Shown piece after piece: positions 40,621 through 53,077 of a stretch of DNA of 64,000 nt. The DNA is taken from the NCBI RefSeq assembly GCF_011045215.1, contig NZ_CP049201.1. One strand, written 5' to 3'. The notes beneath the pieces were generated by a model. It made no database searches, was not told the origin of the DNA, and was given only the letters and a program-made list of their open reading frames with translations. The DNA comes from Escherichia coli (lineage in GTDB: Bacteria; Pseudomonadota; Gammaproteobacteria; Enterobacterales; Enterobacteriaceae). The position numbers and the translations under genes are program-made. The number at the start of each line of letters is the position of its first letter. Position 1 is the first letter of the stretch.

Positions 40621-41172
40621 ATGATGGTGCAGCACCTGAAAAGACGGCCATTAAGCCGCTATCTTAAAGACTTTAAACACAGCCAGACCCATTGCGCGCA
40701 TTGCCGTAAATTACTCGATCGCATTACCTTAGTTCGCGACGGCAAAATAGTGAATAAAATCGAGATTTCCCGCCTGGACACGCTGCTTGATGAAAATGGC
40801 TGGCAAACGGAACAAAAATCATGGGCGGCATTGTGCCGATTTTGCGGTGATTTACATTGCAAAACGCAGAGTGATTTTTTCGATATTATCGGCTTTAAGC
40901 AATTTCTTTTTGAGCAAACTGAAATGAGCCCAGGTACGGTGCGTGAATATGTCGTTCGTCTGCGCCGTTTGGGGAATCATCTACACGAGCAAAATATTTC
41001 CCTCGATCAGCTGCAGGACGGTTTCCTTGATGAAATCCTCGCCCCGTGGCTGCCCACCACCAGCACCAACAATTACCGCATCGCATTACGGAAGTATCAA
41101 CACTATCAGCGCCAAACCTGTACCGGACTTGTGCAGAAATCCTCCAGCCAGCCTGCTTCTGATATATATTAA
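40621..41172 (+). CDS. fliZ: Regulator FliZ
   Basis: Start at ATG 40621 (MMVQHLKRRPLSRYLKDF), 183 aa. Confidence 0.9.
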   Translation: MMVQHLKRRPLSRYLKDFKHSQTHCAHCRKLLDRITLVRDGKIVNKIEISRLDTLLDENGWQTEQKSWAALCRFCGDLHCKTQSDFFDIIGFKQFLFEQTEMSPGTVREYVVRLRRLGNHLHEQNISLDQLQDGFLDEILAPWLPTTSTNNYRIALRKYQHYQRQTCTGLVQKSSSQPASDIY

Positions 41173-41259
41173 ATAAGAATAAGATGTAGCGGAGTTGTTT
41201 TTGTGTTTACAAACAATGGCTCTACACTGCAAACAGACATAACAACATTCGGGGTGAAT

Positions 41260-43151
<1,892 letters not shown>

Positions 43152-43165
43152 CTCCGGGAACGCTC

Positions 43166-43834
43166 ATGCAAGAAAGTATACAACTGGTTATTGATTCCTT
43201 GCCGTTCCTGCTGAAAGGGGCTGGGTATACGCTGCAACTCAGTATCGGCGGCATGTTTTTTGGCTTACTGCTCGGGTTTATTCTCGCGCTGATGCGCCTG
43301 TCGCCAATCTGGCCCGTGCGCTGGCTGGCGCGTTTTTATATCTCTATTTTTCGTGGTACACCGCTCATCGCACAACTGTTTATGATCTATTACGGCCTGC
43401 CGCAGTTTGGTATCGAATTAGATCCCATTCCGTCAGCAATGATTGGTCTGTCGCTCAACACTGCCGCCTATGCCGCCGAAACACTGCGCGCCGCCATTTC
43501 TTCTATTGATAAAGGTCAGTGGGAAGCAGCTGCCAGTATTGGTATGACGCCGTGGCAGACCATGCGTCGCGCGATTTTGCCACAGGCGGCGCGGGTGGCG
43601 TTGCCGCCGCTGTCGAACAGCTTTATCAGCCTGGTAAAAGATACGTCGCTGGCCGCGACAATCCAGGTGCCGGAGCTGTTCCGTCAGGCGCAGTTGATTA
43701 CCTCGCGCACGCTAGAGGTGTTCACCATGTACCTGGCGGCTTCGCTCATCTACTGGATCATGGCGACAGTATTATCGACGTTGCAGAACCATTTTGAGAA
43801 TCAACTTAATCGCCAGGAGAGAGAACCAAAATGA
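43166..43834 (+). CDS. tcyL: Cystine ABC transporter permease TcyL (YecS)
   Basis: 222 aa; polar amino-acid ABC permease. Confidence 0.9.
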   Translation: MQESIQLVIDSLPFLLKGAGYTLQLSIGGMFFGLLLGFILALMRLSPIWPVRWLARFYISIFRGTPLIAQLFMIYYGLPQFGIELDPIPSAMIGLSLNTAAYAAETLRAAISSIDKGQWEAAASIGMTPWQTMRRAILPQAARVALPPLSNSFISLVKDTSLAATIQVPELFRQAQLITSRTLEVFTMYLAASLIYWIMATVLSTLQNHFENQLNRQEREPK

Positions 43835-44583
43835 GTGCCATTGAAGTTAAGAACCTGGTGAAAAAATTTCACGGTCAGACGGTGCTGCACGGTATCGACC
43901 TTGAGGTAAAGCCTGGCGAAGTGGTGGCAATTATCGGTCCGAGTGGTTCCGGCAAAACCACGTTGCTACGCAGCATAAATCTGCTGGAACAACCCGAAGC
44001 GGGAACGATCACCGTTGGCGATATCACTATTGATACTGCACGTTCATTAAGTCAGCAAAAATCGCTGATTCGCCAGTTGCGTCAGCACGTCGGGTTTGTC
44101 TTCCAGAACTTTAATTTGTTTCCGCATCGTACGGTGCTGGAAAACATTATTGAAGGGCCGGTGATCGTCAAAGGCGAACCGAAAGAAGAGGCCACGGCGC
44201 GCGCTCGCGAGCTACTGGCGAAAGTTGGGCTGGCCGGTAAAGAAACCAGCTATCCACGTCGTTTGTCTGGCGGTCAACAGCAACGTGTTGCGATTGCACG
44301 TGCGCTGGCAATGCGTCCTGAGGTGATTTTGTTTGACGAGCCAACGTCGGCGCTGGATCCAGAGCTGGTGGGCGAAGTCCTGAACACCATCCGTCAGCTG
44401 GCGCAGGAAAAGCGCACGATGGTGATTGTGACGCACGAAATGAGCTTTGCCCGGGATGTTGCGGACCGGGCGATCTTTATGGACCAGGGGCGGATAGTCG
44501 AGCAGGGGGCCGCAAAAGCGTTATTTGCCGATCCCGAGCAGCCTCGCACCCGCCAGTTCCTCGAGAAGTTTCTGCTGCAATAA
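43831..44583 (+). CDS. tcyN: Cystine ABC transporter ATP-binding protein TcyN (YecC)
   Basis: 250 aa; Walker A GPSGSGKTT, signature LSGGQQQRVAIARAL, Walker B ILFDEPTSALD. Confidence 0.93.
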   Translation: MSAIEVKNLVKKFHGQTVLHGIDLEVKPGEVVAIIGPSGSGKTTLLRSINLLEQPEAGTITVGDITIDTARSLSQQKSLIRQLRQHVGFVFQNFNLFPHRTVLENIIEGPVIVKGEPKEEATARARELLAKVGLAGKETSYPRRLSGGQQQRVAIARALAMRPEVILFDEPTSALDPELVGEVLNTIRQLAQEKRTMVIVTHEMSFARDVADRAIFMDQGRIVEQGAAKALFADPEQPRTRQFLEKFLLQ

Positions 44584-44589
44584 TAAGAA

Positions 44590-44626
44590 AAAATCAGCCC
44601 CGACGATTCGACAGTCGGGGCGGAAC
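44590..44626 (+). terminator. Rho-independent terminator after tcyN
   Basis: ccccgacgattcgacagtcgggg hairpin. Confidence 0.55.
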
Positions 44627-44812
44627 GCCATTTCAAGCCTGATAAAACTGCTTAACAAATCAGCATAACTCATTAATAACATAAGAGAATGTGATGGCTT
44701 GCAAAAGTAATTCATTGCCTGAATAATATAAATTATATATAAATCTTATTTATGTGATAGTTTGAATTATCATTATAAATGATACTCACTCTCAGGGGCG
44801 TTGCGGTTTACT

Positions 44813-45535
44813 ATGCAGGATACGGATTTTTTCAGCTGGCGTCGCACGATGCTGTTGCGTTTTCAGAGGATGGAGGCCGCAGAAGAGGTCTACCATGAAA
44901 TAGAGCTTCAGGCTCAGCTGCTGGAGTACGATTACTATTCGTTATGTGTTCGCCACCCGGTACCATTCACTCGACCTAAAGTGGCTTTCTACACCAATTA
45001 CCCTGAGGCGTGGGTTAGTTATTATCAGGCAAAAAACTTTCTCGCAATTGATCCGGTACTGAACCCTGAAAACTTTAGTCAGGGCCATCTAATGTGGAAT
45101 GATGACTTATTCAACGAAGCACAGCCGTTATGGGAAGCCGCGCGCGCACATGGTTTACGCCGCGGTGTCACTCAGTATTTAATGCTGCCAAACCGGGCGC
45201 TGGGCTTTTTGTCCTTTTCCCGTTGCAGCGCGCGCGAAATACCCATTCTTAGTGATGAACTGCAATTAAAAATGCAGTTACTGGTGCGCGAAAGTCTGAT
45301 GGCTCTGATGCGTTTAAATGATGAAATAGTGATGACGCCAGAGATGAATTTCAGCAAGCGCGAAAAAGAAATTCTGAGGTGGACGGCGGAAGGGAAGACA
45401 TCAGCAGAGATAGCGATGATTTTGTCAATCTCTGAGAATACGGTCAATTTCCACCAGAAAAACATGCAGAAAAAAATTAATGCACCAAATAAGACCCAGG
45501 TTGCCTGTTACGCGGCCGCTACTGGCTTAATTTGA
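44813..45535 (+). CDS. sdiA: LuxR-family quorum-sensing regulator SdiA
   Basis: Start at ATG 44813 (MQDTDFFSWRRTMLLRFQRM), 240 aa; C-terminal LuxR HTH. Confidence 0.93.
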   Translation: MQDTDFFSWRRTMLLRFQRMEAAEEVYHEIELQAQLLEYDYYSLCVRHPVPFTRPKVAFYTNYPEAWVSYYQAKNFLAIDPVLNPENFSQGHLMWNDDLFNEAQPLWEAARAHGLRRGVTQYLMLPNRALGFLSFSRCSAREIPILSDELQLKMQLLVRESLMALMRLNDEIVMTPEMNFSKREKEILRWTAEGKTSAEIAMILSISENTVNFHQKNMQKKINAPNKTQVACYAAATGLI

Positions 45536-45564
45536 TCTCTTTTCTGTCCTGCGTGCCAGATGCA

Positions 45565-45600
45565 AAAACCGGCTGAAAGGCACGCTATCAGCCGGTTTTA
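45565..45600. terminator. Bidirectional hairpin terminator between sdiA and yecF
   Basis: aaaaccggctga...tcagccggtttt palindrome between convergent genes. Confidence 0.65.
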
Positions 45601-45602
45601 TA

Positions 45603-45827
45603 TTACTGACGGTAGGCTTGTTTAATTTGCTTAACCGTTTTGGAAAATACTGCAGCCTGGGTTTCGTCTTCGATCAGCGCAAGCTGTTTTTCCATCTTTA
45701 ACATCACGCGGCCCGCGTCAGCTTGTCCCATCGCCTGCAGCATCAGCGTCAGCATCGCTTTCAGGCAGGAGACTTCATTTGCCAGTTCTTGATTATTCTC
45801 GGCAGTAGAAAAATCAGGCGTACTCAT
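45603..45827 (-). CDS. yecF: Small protein YecF
   Basis: 74 aa; conserved position. Confidence 0.85.
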
Positions 45828-46285
45828 TTATTTTCCTCGTCATGTTGCAATGAAAATTTGCGGTGAAAAATGTTAAGGCGGCGGAGTATACCATAAGCTT
45901 TGCTAAAAATAGCAGTGGTTGTTTTTTGAGCGTGTCGTCAACGGTGCTATTAAATGCGTTAATATAATGACCAATAAATATTTTTATCATGAATGTTTTT
46001 TGCCCGTATTGTTCGGGTTAATTAATGTTACATATTCAGCGGGCTGATTTTCATTTTTGCTGAATAAAGGTAATTTTTGTCACATTTCGTCGCAGGGCTT
46101 ACTGTGAAACGATCCGGTAAGCCGTTGGTGACGGGCGTGACCATAACTGTGGACAATCGAATTGACAAAAACGAGAGAAAAATCGAATACCCACCATTTT
46201 TAACGTTTCAAAGTTGCAATAAAAACCGCTAATATACGAATGACTAACTATCAGTAGCGTTATCCCTATTTCTGGAGATATTCCT

Positions 46286-46942
46286 TTGATCAACGTTCTA
46301 CTTGTTGATGACCACGAACTGGTGCGCGCAGGGATACGACGCATTCTGGAAGATATAAAGGGTATAAAAGTCGTCGGTGAGGCATCGTGCGGTGAAGACG
46401 CCGTTAAGTGGTGCCGGGCAAATGCCGTTGACGTGGTGCTAATGGACATGAGTATGCCGGGCATTGGCGGTCTTGAGGCGACGCGTAAAATCGCGCGTTC
46501 CACAGCTGATGTAAAAATCATCATGCTTACCGTCCATACAGAAAACCCTTTACCAGCGAAAGTCATGCAGGCCGGTGCTGCGGGCTACCTCAGCAAAGGC
46601 GCGGCTCCGCAGGAAGTCGTGAGTGCGATCCGTTCTGTCTATTCTGGGCAGCGTTACATTGCTTCTGACATCGCTCAACAAATGGCATTAAGCCAGATCG
46701 AACCAGAAAAAACAGAAAGCCCATTTGCCAGTTTGTCTGAACGTGAATTGCAGATTATGCTGATGATCACCAAGGGCCAGAAGGTCAATGAGATCTCAGA
46801 ACAGCTCAATCTCAGTCCGAAAACGGTGAACAGCTACCGCTATCGTATGTTCAGCAAACTAAACATTCATGGCGATGTTGAGCTGACTCACCTGGCAATT
46901 CGCCATGGTCTGTGTAATGCGGAGACATTATCAAGTCAGTGA
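46286..46942 (+). CDS. uvrY: Response regulator UvrY (BarA partner; LuxR/FixJ family)
   Basis: 218 aa ([19 protein letters not shown]...); apparent TTG start preceded by GGAGAT. Confidence 0.92.
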   Translation: MINVLLVDDHELVRAGIRRILEDIKGIKVVGEASCGEDAVKWCRANAVDVVLMDMSMPGIGGLEATRKIARSTADVKIIMLTVHTENPLPAKVMQAGAAGYLSKGAAPQEVVSAIRSVYSGQRYIASDIAQQMALSQIEPEKTESPFASLSERELQIMLMITKGQKVNEISEQLNLSPKTVNSYRYRMFSKLNIHGDVELTHLAIRHGLCNAETLSSQ

Positions 46943-48771
46943 GTGATCAGTTTGACGCAAAAGCGTTTTTAAAAACCGTAACCAGCCAGCCTGGCGTTTA
47001 TCGCATGTACGATGCTGGTGGTACGGTTATCTATGTCGGCAAAGCGAAAGACCTGAAAAAACGGCTTTCCAGCTATTTCCGTAGCAACCTCGCTTCGCGC
47101 AAAACCGAAGCGCTGGTCGCCCAGATCCAGCAAATTGATGTAACGGTTACTCATACAGAAACCGAAGCGCTGTTGCTGGAACACAACTACATCAAACTCT
47201 ATCAGCCGCGTTACAACGTTTTGCTACGCGATGATAAATCATATCCTTTTATCTTCCTGAGTGGCGATACCCACCCGCGTCTGGCGATGCATCGTGGTGC
47301 AAAGCATGCCAAAGGTGAATATTTCGGCCCGTTCCCGAATGGCTATGCCGTACGTGAAACACTGGCGCTACTGCAAAAGATTTTCCCCATTCGCCAGTGC
47401 GAAAATAGTGTTTATCGCAATCGCTCGCGTCCATGTCTGCAATATCAGATAGGGCGCTGTCTGGGACCGTGCGTTGAAGGACTGGTGAGTGAAGAAGAAT
47501 ACGCTCAGCAGGTCGAGTATGTGCGCCTGTTTTTGTCTGGCAAAGATGATCAGGTGCTTACGCAACTGATTAGCCGTATGGAAACTGCCAGTCAGAATCT
47601 GGAGTTTGAAGAAGCGGCACGTATTCGCGACCAAATTCAGGCGGTGCGACGCGTCACCGAAAAACAGTTTGTTTCCAATACCGGCGACGACCTTGACGTT
47701 ATTGGTGTGGCGTTCGATGCGGGCATGGCTTGTGTCCACGTATTGTTCATTCGTCAGGGCAAAGTGCTTGGCAGCCGCAGCTATTTCCCGAAAGTGCCTG
47801 GCGGTACGGAACTGAGCGAGGTGGTGGAAACCTTCGTAGGACAGTTCTATTTACAAGGCAGCCAGATGCGCACCTTACCGGGTGAGATCCTGCTCGATTT
47901 TAATCTTAGCGATAAAACGCTGCTCGCCGATTCCCTTTCAGAACTGGCGGGACGCAAGATTAATGTTCAAACCAAACCTCGCGGCGATAGGGCGCGTTAT
48001 CTGAAACTCGCGCGCACCAATGCGGCGACGGCCTTAACCAGCAAACTTTCGCAGCAATCTACCGTTCACCAGCGGCTTACAGCACTTGCCAGCGTGTTGA
48101 AATTGCCGGAAGTGAAGCGGATGGAGTGCTTTGACATCAGCCATACCATGGGTGAACAAACCGTCGCTTCCTGTGTGGTGTTTGATGCTAACGGCCCGCT
48201 GCGTGCGGAGTATCGGCGCTATAACATTACTGGCATCACGCCGGGCGATGATTATGCGGCGATGAATCAGGTGCTGCGTCGGCGTTATGGTAAAGCCATC
48301 GACGACAGTAAGATCCCGGATGTGATACTTATCGACGGCGGCAAAGGCCAGCTTGTGCAGGCGAAAAATGTCTTCGCCGAACTGGATGTCTCATGGGATA
48401 AAAATCATCCGCTGCTACTTGGCGTTGCCAAAGGAGCAGATCGTAAGGCTGGGCTGGAAACGCTGTTCTTTGAGCCGGAAGGTGAGGGATTCAGTTTGCC
48501 GCCAGATTCTCCCGCGCTGCATGTTATCCAGCATATTCGCGATGAATCACATGATCACGCGATTGGCGGGCACCGTAAAAAACGGGCGAAGGTCAAAAAT
48601 ACCAGTTCCCTGGAAACCATTGAAGGCGTCGGGCCAAAACGCCGGCAAATGTTGTTGAAATATATGGGCGGTTTGCAAGGTTTACGTAACGCCAGCGTCG
48701 AGGAAATTGCAAAAGTGCCGGGTATTTCGCAAGGTCTGGCAGAAAAGATCTTCTGGTCGTTGAAACATTGA
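46939..48771 (+). CDS. uvrC: Excinuclease ABC subunit C UvrC
   Basis: 610 aa; GIY-YIG N-terminal domain, C-terminal HhH; start overlaps uvrY stop. Confidence 0.95.
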   Translation: MSDQFDAKAFLKTVTSQPGVYRMYDAGGTVIYVGKAKDLKKRLSSYFRSNLASRKTEALVAQIQQIDVTVTHTETEALLLEHNYIKLYQPRYNVLLRDDKSYPFIFLSGDTHPRLAMHRGAKHAKGEYFGPFPNGYAVRETLALLQKIFPIRQCENSVYRNRSRPCLQYQIGRCLGPCVEGLVSEEEYAQQVEYVRLFLSGKDDQVLTQLISRMETASQNLEFEEAARIRDQIQAVRRVTEKQFVSNTGDDLDVIGVAFDAGMACVHVLFIRQGKVLGSRSYFPKVPGGTELSEVVETFVGQFYLQGSQMRTLPGEILLDFNLSDKTLLADSLSELAGRKINVQTKPRGDRARYLKLARTNAATALTSKLSQQSTVHQRLTALASVLKLPEVKRMECFDISHTMGEQTVASCVVFDANGPLRAEYRRYNITGITPGDDYAAMNQVLRRRYGKAIDDSKIPDVILIDGGKGQLVQAKNVFAELDVSWDKNHPLLLGVAKGADRKAGLETLFFEPEGEGFSLPPDSPALHVIQHIRDESHDHAIGGHRKKRAKVKNTSSLETIEGVGPKRRQMLLKYMGGLQGLRNASVEEIAKVPGISQGLAEKIFWSLKH

Positions 48772-48827
48772 TGTCTCTGTAGCAACATAGGGGTAATCTT
48801 ACTGACAACAGATAGTTACCCGTCATT

Positions 48828-49376
48828 ATGCAATTTAATATCCCTACGTTGCTTACACTGTTCCGTGTCATCCTTATCCCATTCTTTGTATTGGTCTTTT
48901 ATCTGCCTGTCACCTGGTCGCCGTTTGCCGCCGCGCTCATTTTCTGCGTCGCGGCGGTGACTGACTGGTTCGATGGTTTTCTGGCACGCCGCTGGAACCA
49001 GAGTACCCGGTTTGGTGCTTTCCTTGACCCTGTAGCAGATAAAGTTCTCGTGGCTATCGCCATGGTGCTGGTAACCGAGCATTACCACAGCTGGTGGGTG
49101 ACCTTACCGGCGGCAACGATGATCGCCCGTGAAATTATTATTTCTGCGCTACGCGAATGGATGGCGGAGTTGGGTAAACGCAGTAGCGTGGCTGTCTCCT
49201 GGATTGGGAAAGTGAAAACCACTGCCCAGATGGTGGCGTTGGCATGGCTGCTGTGGCGTCCGAACATTTGGGTTGAGTACGCCGGTATTGCACTTTTCTT
49301 TGTGGCTGCGGTACTGACTCTGTGGTCAATGTTGCAATATTTGAGCGCTGCGCGTGCAGATTTGCTTGATCAGTGA
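48828..49376 (+). CDS. pgsA: CDP-diacylglycerol--glycerol-3-phosphate 3-phosphatidyltransferase PgsA
   Basis: 182 aa; CDP-alcohol phosphatidyltransferase motif (DWFDGFLAR...). Confidence 0.93.
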
Positions 49377-49527
49377 TCGTTTCGGCGCAATTTTCAGCAA
49401 ACGATCAAAAGTGGTGAAAAATATCGTTGACTCATCGCGCCAGGTAAGTAGAATGCAACGCATCGAACGGCGGCACTGATTGCCAGACGATAATAAAATC
49501 AAGTGATTAACTGATTGCTTGATGAAT

Positions 49528-49603
<76 letters not shown>

Positions 49604-49656
49604 GTTTAAAAGGCATCGGCGTCAGCGGATGTCTGGCTGAAAGGCCTGAAGAATTT

Positions 49657-49730
49657 GGCGCGTTAACAAAGCGGTTATGTAGCGGATTGCAAATCCGTCT
49701 AGTCCGGTTCGACTCCGGAACGCGCCTCCA
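49657..49730 (+). tRNA. cysT: tRNA-Cys (anticodon GCA)
   Basis: GGCGCGTTAACAAAGCGG...GATTGCAAATCC...CGCGCCTCCA. Confidence 0.92.
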
Positions 49731-49742
49731 CTTTCTTCCCGA

Positions 49743-49829
49743 GCCCGGATGGTGGAATCGGTAGACACAAGGGATTTAAAATCCCTCGGCGTTCGCGCTG
49801 TGCGGGTTCAAGTCCCGCTCCGGGTACCA
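49743..49829 (+). tRNA. leuZ: tRNA-Leu (anticodon TAA), long variable arm
   Basis: GCCCGGATGGTGGAATCGGTAGACACAAGGGATTTAAAATCCC...CCGGGTACCA. Confidence 0.92.
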
Positions 49830-49865
49830 TGGGAAAGATAAGAATAAAATCAAAGCAATAAGCAG

Positions 49866-49897
49866 TGTCGTGAAACCACCTTCGGGTGGTTTTTTTG
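49866..49897 (+). terminator. Rho-independent terminator of the tRNA operon
   Basis: aaaccaccttcgggtggttttttt. Confidence 0.7.
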
Positions 49898-49998
49898 TAT
49901 TTGTATTTTGAGCAATGGCGGTAGAGTGGCGGTGGTGTGGCGATATGCAGAAACAACAATGGTAGTGCACGTGCTGTTTAAGCTCTAAGGATGAAGCA

Positions 49999-50190
49999 GA
50001 ATTCTCCTGCAGCTCCTCCGTATTTCGCATAGTGAACCAAGACTTCGGTTAAACAAAATTTTTCTGGGATTTTTCCACTCGACTTCATTTTTCCTCCAGT
50101 CATCCACCAAAGGTACCTGCGCTAATCTATCTTTTTTAATCTGACAACATCCTGAGAAAAGGCAAATTCGTCAGATTTACTGTTTTTTCT
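49999..50190 (-). repeat. Degenerate hok/sok-like element lacking the hok ORF (paralogous to 50860-51230)
   Basis: Direct, ~70-75% similar blocks (ctccgtatttcgcatagtgaacc / cttcggttaaaca / ccaaaggtacctgcgctaatctatc / aggcaaattcgtcagatt) shared with the hok locus flanks; the ~120 bp carrying the hok CDS is absent. Confidence 0.55.
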
Positions 50191-50370
50191 ACTGCTTCGA
50201 ATGCCGATGTCTGCAGTACTGATAAGAGCTCTATCTCTTTGATATAGATCTTTTATTTGATGAATTGCTCGACATATTATCGTTATGACACCTTCTTGTT
50301 AAAGGTGTTGTACTCCACATCTCGATTTTATGATGTGGGTTATGATTGGTTAGTAATAGAGTGTATCGGT

Positions 50371-50652
50371 ATGCGATGTGGTTTATTAATGGCAATCTGC
50401 TTTTGTTTGGTATCTTTTAGTGGGTATGCAGCAACAGGAAAGTCTGATGTTCAGATCAAGAAAGAAATAATTAAAGAATCCATTGAATCATATCCAGGCA
50501 ATTGTGCGTGTCCTTATAATCATGCAAGGAATGGTAGTAGGTGTGGTGGACGCAGTGCATATAGCCGTACTGGAGGGTATGATGTGGTATGTTATGAGAG
50601 TGATGTTACTGATGAAATGATCCGGCAATGGAAGCAGGAGAATGCTGATTAA
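50371..50652 (+). CDS. Hypothetical small secreted Cys-rich protein
   Basis: ORF 50257..50652; likely start at ATG 50371 (MRCGLLMAICFCLVSFSGYAA signal-like N-terminus), ~70-aa mature part with four Cys; AT-rich; strong terminator downstream; family not recognised. Confidence 0.5.
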   Translation: MRCGLLMAICFCLVSFSGYAATGKSDVQIKKEIIKESIESYPGNCACPYNHARNGSRCGGRSAYSRTGGYDVVCYESDVTDEMIRQWKQENAD

Positions 50653-50730
50653 TTACTTTTGACTGGTTTGTTTTGCGAGCATTATGTGTGTTGTTAACGG
50701 TACCCTAGCTAAGTGAGAGTTCCAAAATAA

Positions 50731-50762
50731 AACCCGCAGTTTTTACGCTGCGGGTTTTATTG
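50731..50762 (+). terminator. Rho-independent terminator
   Basis: aaaacccgcagtttttacgctgcgggttttattgttt. Confidence 0.75.
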
Positions 50763-50843
50763 TTTCTGTCGATGGGATAGGGTGCCACTTCGGCCAGCCT
50801 TGGCAACCGATTGACGGGGGATTACTCCCCCGTCGCGGTTTCC

Positions 50844-50984
50844 TTACTGCTTACACTGTAAGAACGCCGCAAACTCCGCTCCCCAGAAGCTCATCCGTAT
50901 TTCACACAGCGAACCGTGCAGCATCCAGATGATGAGGATTACCGTCACGCAGAACGTGATGGCCGTAAGCGATTTTTGCGACAT
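50844..50984 (-). CDS. hok: Hok/Gef-family type I toxin (46 aa), below the ORF-track length cutoff
   Basis: Minus-strand translation MSQKSLTAITFCVTVILIIWMLHGSLCEIRMSFWGAEFAAFLQCKQ: single TM helix plus the Hok signature SLCEIR and AAFL tail (HokA-like). Confidence 0.8.
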   Translation of the reverse strand: MSQKSLTAITFCVTVILIIWMLHGSLCEIRMSFWGAEFAAFLQCKQ

Positions 50985-51165
50985 AGCGCTTGCTCCTTTT
51001 TAGGGGAGGCGCTAACCTATCACTTGCTAAGGTTAGATGGTTAGGGCCTCGGTTAAACAGGGATGTTTTCCGGGGCCTTTCCACATCTGGCCTTCGGGCA
51101 TACCCTCCGACCATCAGCCGAAAGGCACCCGCGCGTAATCTATCGTTTTTTTGTTGCTTCGGCAA
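50902..51165 (-). other. mok-like overlapping reading frame / hok mRNA leader; sok antisense RNA expected on + strand within ~51040-51120
   Basis: 87-codon frame overlapping the hok start in another frame, the arrangement of mok in hok/sok loci; sok position inferred, not demonstrated. Confidence 0.45.
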
Positions 51166-51174
51166 TTCTGCTCG

Positions 51175-51435
51175 TTAATTCTGAGGTAAAGGCAAACTCA
51201 TCTGATTGTTTCCCCTGTGTGACGTTGGCAGTTCATGCCACGGGATACCTTCTGAAGATCGAACGCCTGAGGTGTGTTTCGATGTGAATTTATGGAAAGC
51301 TTCCAGTGTTGAGAAGCATACGCCGCATTCCAGGTTGTTACACTGGTAATACTTTTGTCGGACGGTGTTTGAATCATTTTCCGGACGACTTGTGCGGATA
51401 CGGGCAGATGCGCCACAAAGCGGACAACGGAACAT
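51175..51435 (-). CDS. ogr: Ogr/Delta-family zinc-finger late transcription activator
   Basis: MFRCPLCG...ARIRTSR...YYQCNNLECG Cys4 pattern typical of P2 Ogr; AGGGAGG RBS. Confidence 0.85.
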   Translation of the reverse strand: MFRCPLCGASARIRTSRPENDSNTVRQKYYQCNNLECGVCFSTLEAFHKFTSKHTSGVRSSEGIPWHELPTSHRGNNQMSLPLPQN

Positions 51436-51611
51436 AGCAACCTCCCTTTAGGTGGTGCTATTCTAAATTTCATCAATGCAGATTCCAACTCCTTCCCACT
51501 TTAAGCGAAGGATGGTGATAAAGTCAGAAGATGTTAGATGAAATCTAAACGGGCGATAAGTTTTCCAATATTTGAATAACAACGTGGCAGGATTTTTGTT
51601 TATCAATTATC

Positions 51612-51629
51612 TTACACTTTTAAGTGTAA
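51612..51629. promoter_or_regulatory. Perfect palindrome TTACACTTTTAAGTGTAA (candidate operator) upstream of the cargo gene
   Basis: 8-bp inverted arms around a 2-bp centre, ~25-40 bp upstream of the cargo ORF start. Confidence 0.4.
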
Positions 51630-51654
51630 TAAATTTGTTAGTGATGACAATATT

Positions 51655-53077
51655 GTGAGAGGAGATTATCAATTGAAGATGGCAAAAAATAACAATGATA
51701 AAATGCGGGCAAAGTATAGGCCGTTCATAAATATATGGGAACATCTTCCTTCTGAGTTCAATGAACTCATCAAGACGTTAATGGTGCTGATACGGCAAGG
51801 GGAAAATGTGGGAGCTCAGCAAAGGGAGCTTGATTCCATCGAAAACTTCAAACACCTGTTAAGTGGATGGAAGCGGGCGCAAAGGATCATAGCTGATGAA
51901 CTCATTATCAGGCTTTCTCAAATCAAGGATCTGGAGTTAGAAAAGAATTGTGCCCATTCAAAAAAGGACTATGAAACAAAGAAGAAGTGTATACGCAATA
52001 TTGAAAGGACTAGACTAGAAATTAGGATTTTACGTAGGTGCATTGATTCAATTGTATGGGCGATATTCCGCAATGAACACTCGTCTATAAGACGTTTACC
52101 TATAAATAGAAATACTGACAATCTGACAATATTTAATATACATGATTCAATGGTGGTAGCAGATGAAATCAATGCTGATCCGATGGCTATAGCTGTTATC
52201 ACTGATATTACTACGTTTGTACATACTGGTGATTTACTTGCGTTAATACCTCAGCAAGGCATAACTTTAATTGAAATAAAAAGTGGTAAGAAAAATATAG
52301 AGTTTTCAAAGGCGGCTATGTTCTCAGTGCAAAGTAAATGTCTTCATTTTGATGAGATTTATAGAAAAGACCTTGATAAAAATGACTTGAAACACTATGA
52401 CAGAGCTAAGCGTCAACTTAAAAGAGCTCAAAATGTGATAGATGTCATTGAGACTGGTAAGGGATTTGATAACTTTTTTCAGTCTCAAGTAACAATTCAT
52501 GACAGAGATTTTTGTCCCGATTTTTATACAGATAAGATTATTGAGCTTTGGTATGAGATATATAACGGTAAAACTTGGGCGATTACTGACATTAATGATT
52601 GTTTATTCCTTGGGGCATATATTAATTCTAATATGGGTTTTTGCGGTTTTAATGGATGGATGGAGGTATCTAGAATATCGGGGAGAGTGGTTTAATATTC
52701 TTGATAGCTTTTCAGATGCTTTATCACGTCCATTTTTTAGTTTGAACCTACCTGATAAATTGCTTCTGGATATCATTAATGGCAATCTAATTGTTGTGCT
52801 GTGTTTCGATCATCGTCGTTTCGTAGAAAGAGCAAATAAAAAATACCCCGGGATTTATGAGTTATTGGATTTTCCATCTCCGAAGATTAATCCTATGAGT
52901 ATGCTTTCCATCAATGGGAAGGGGGTAGTTTCTAGTGTTGATGGACAGAGTGTTTTTATTGGAAATGGTTACGAAACTCGGATTATTTTTGATCAGCAAT
53001 ATCCAGATAGTCTGATTAAGTGGTCATACCATATGAGTGATCTCAAAAAAATATTGATAAAAAAAAGCGTAAAATGA
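51655..53077 (+). pseudogene. AT-rich prophage cargo gene of unknown family, apparently frameshifted (~470 aa if merged); PD-(D/E)xK-like motif
   Basis: ORFs 51655..52695 (frame 1) and 52499..53077 (frame 2) overlap; both have protein-like sequence outside the overlap; frame switch needed near the G-run at 52678-52690; motif VITDI...TGDLLAL...LIEIKSGKK. Confidence 0.55.

Noticed and set aside
49999-51230. Direct repeats A and B as prophage attL/attR cores
   Set aside because: They are ~190 bp diverged paralogs of a hok/sok element, not short identical att cores, and both lie on the same side of the prophage.
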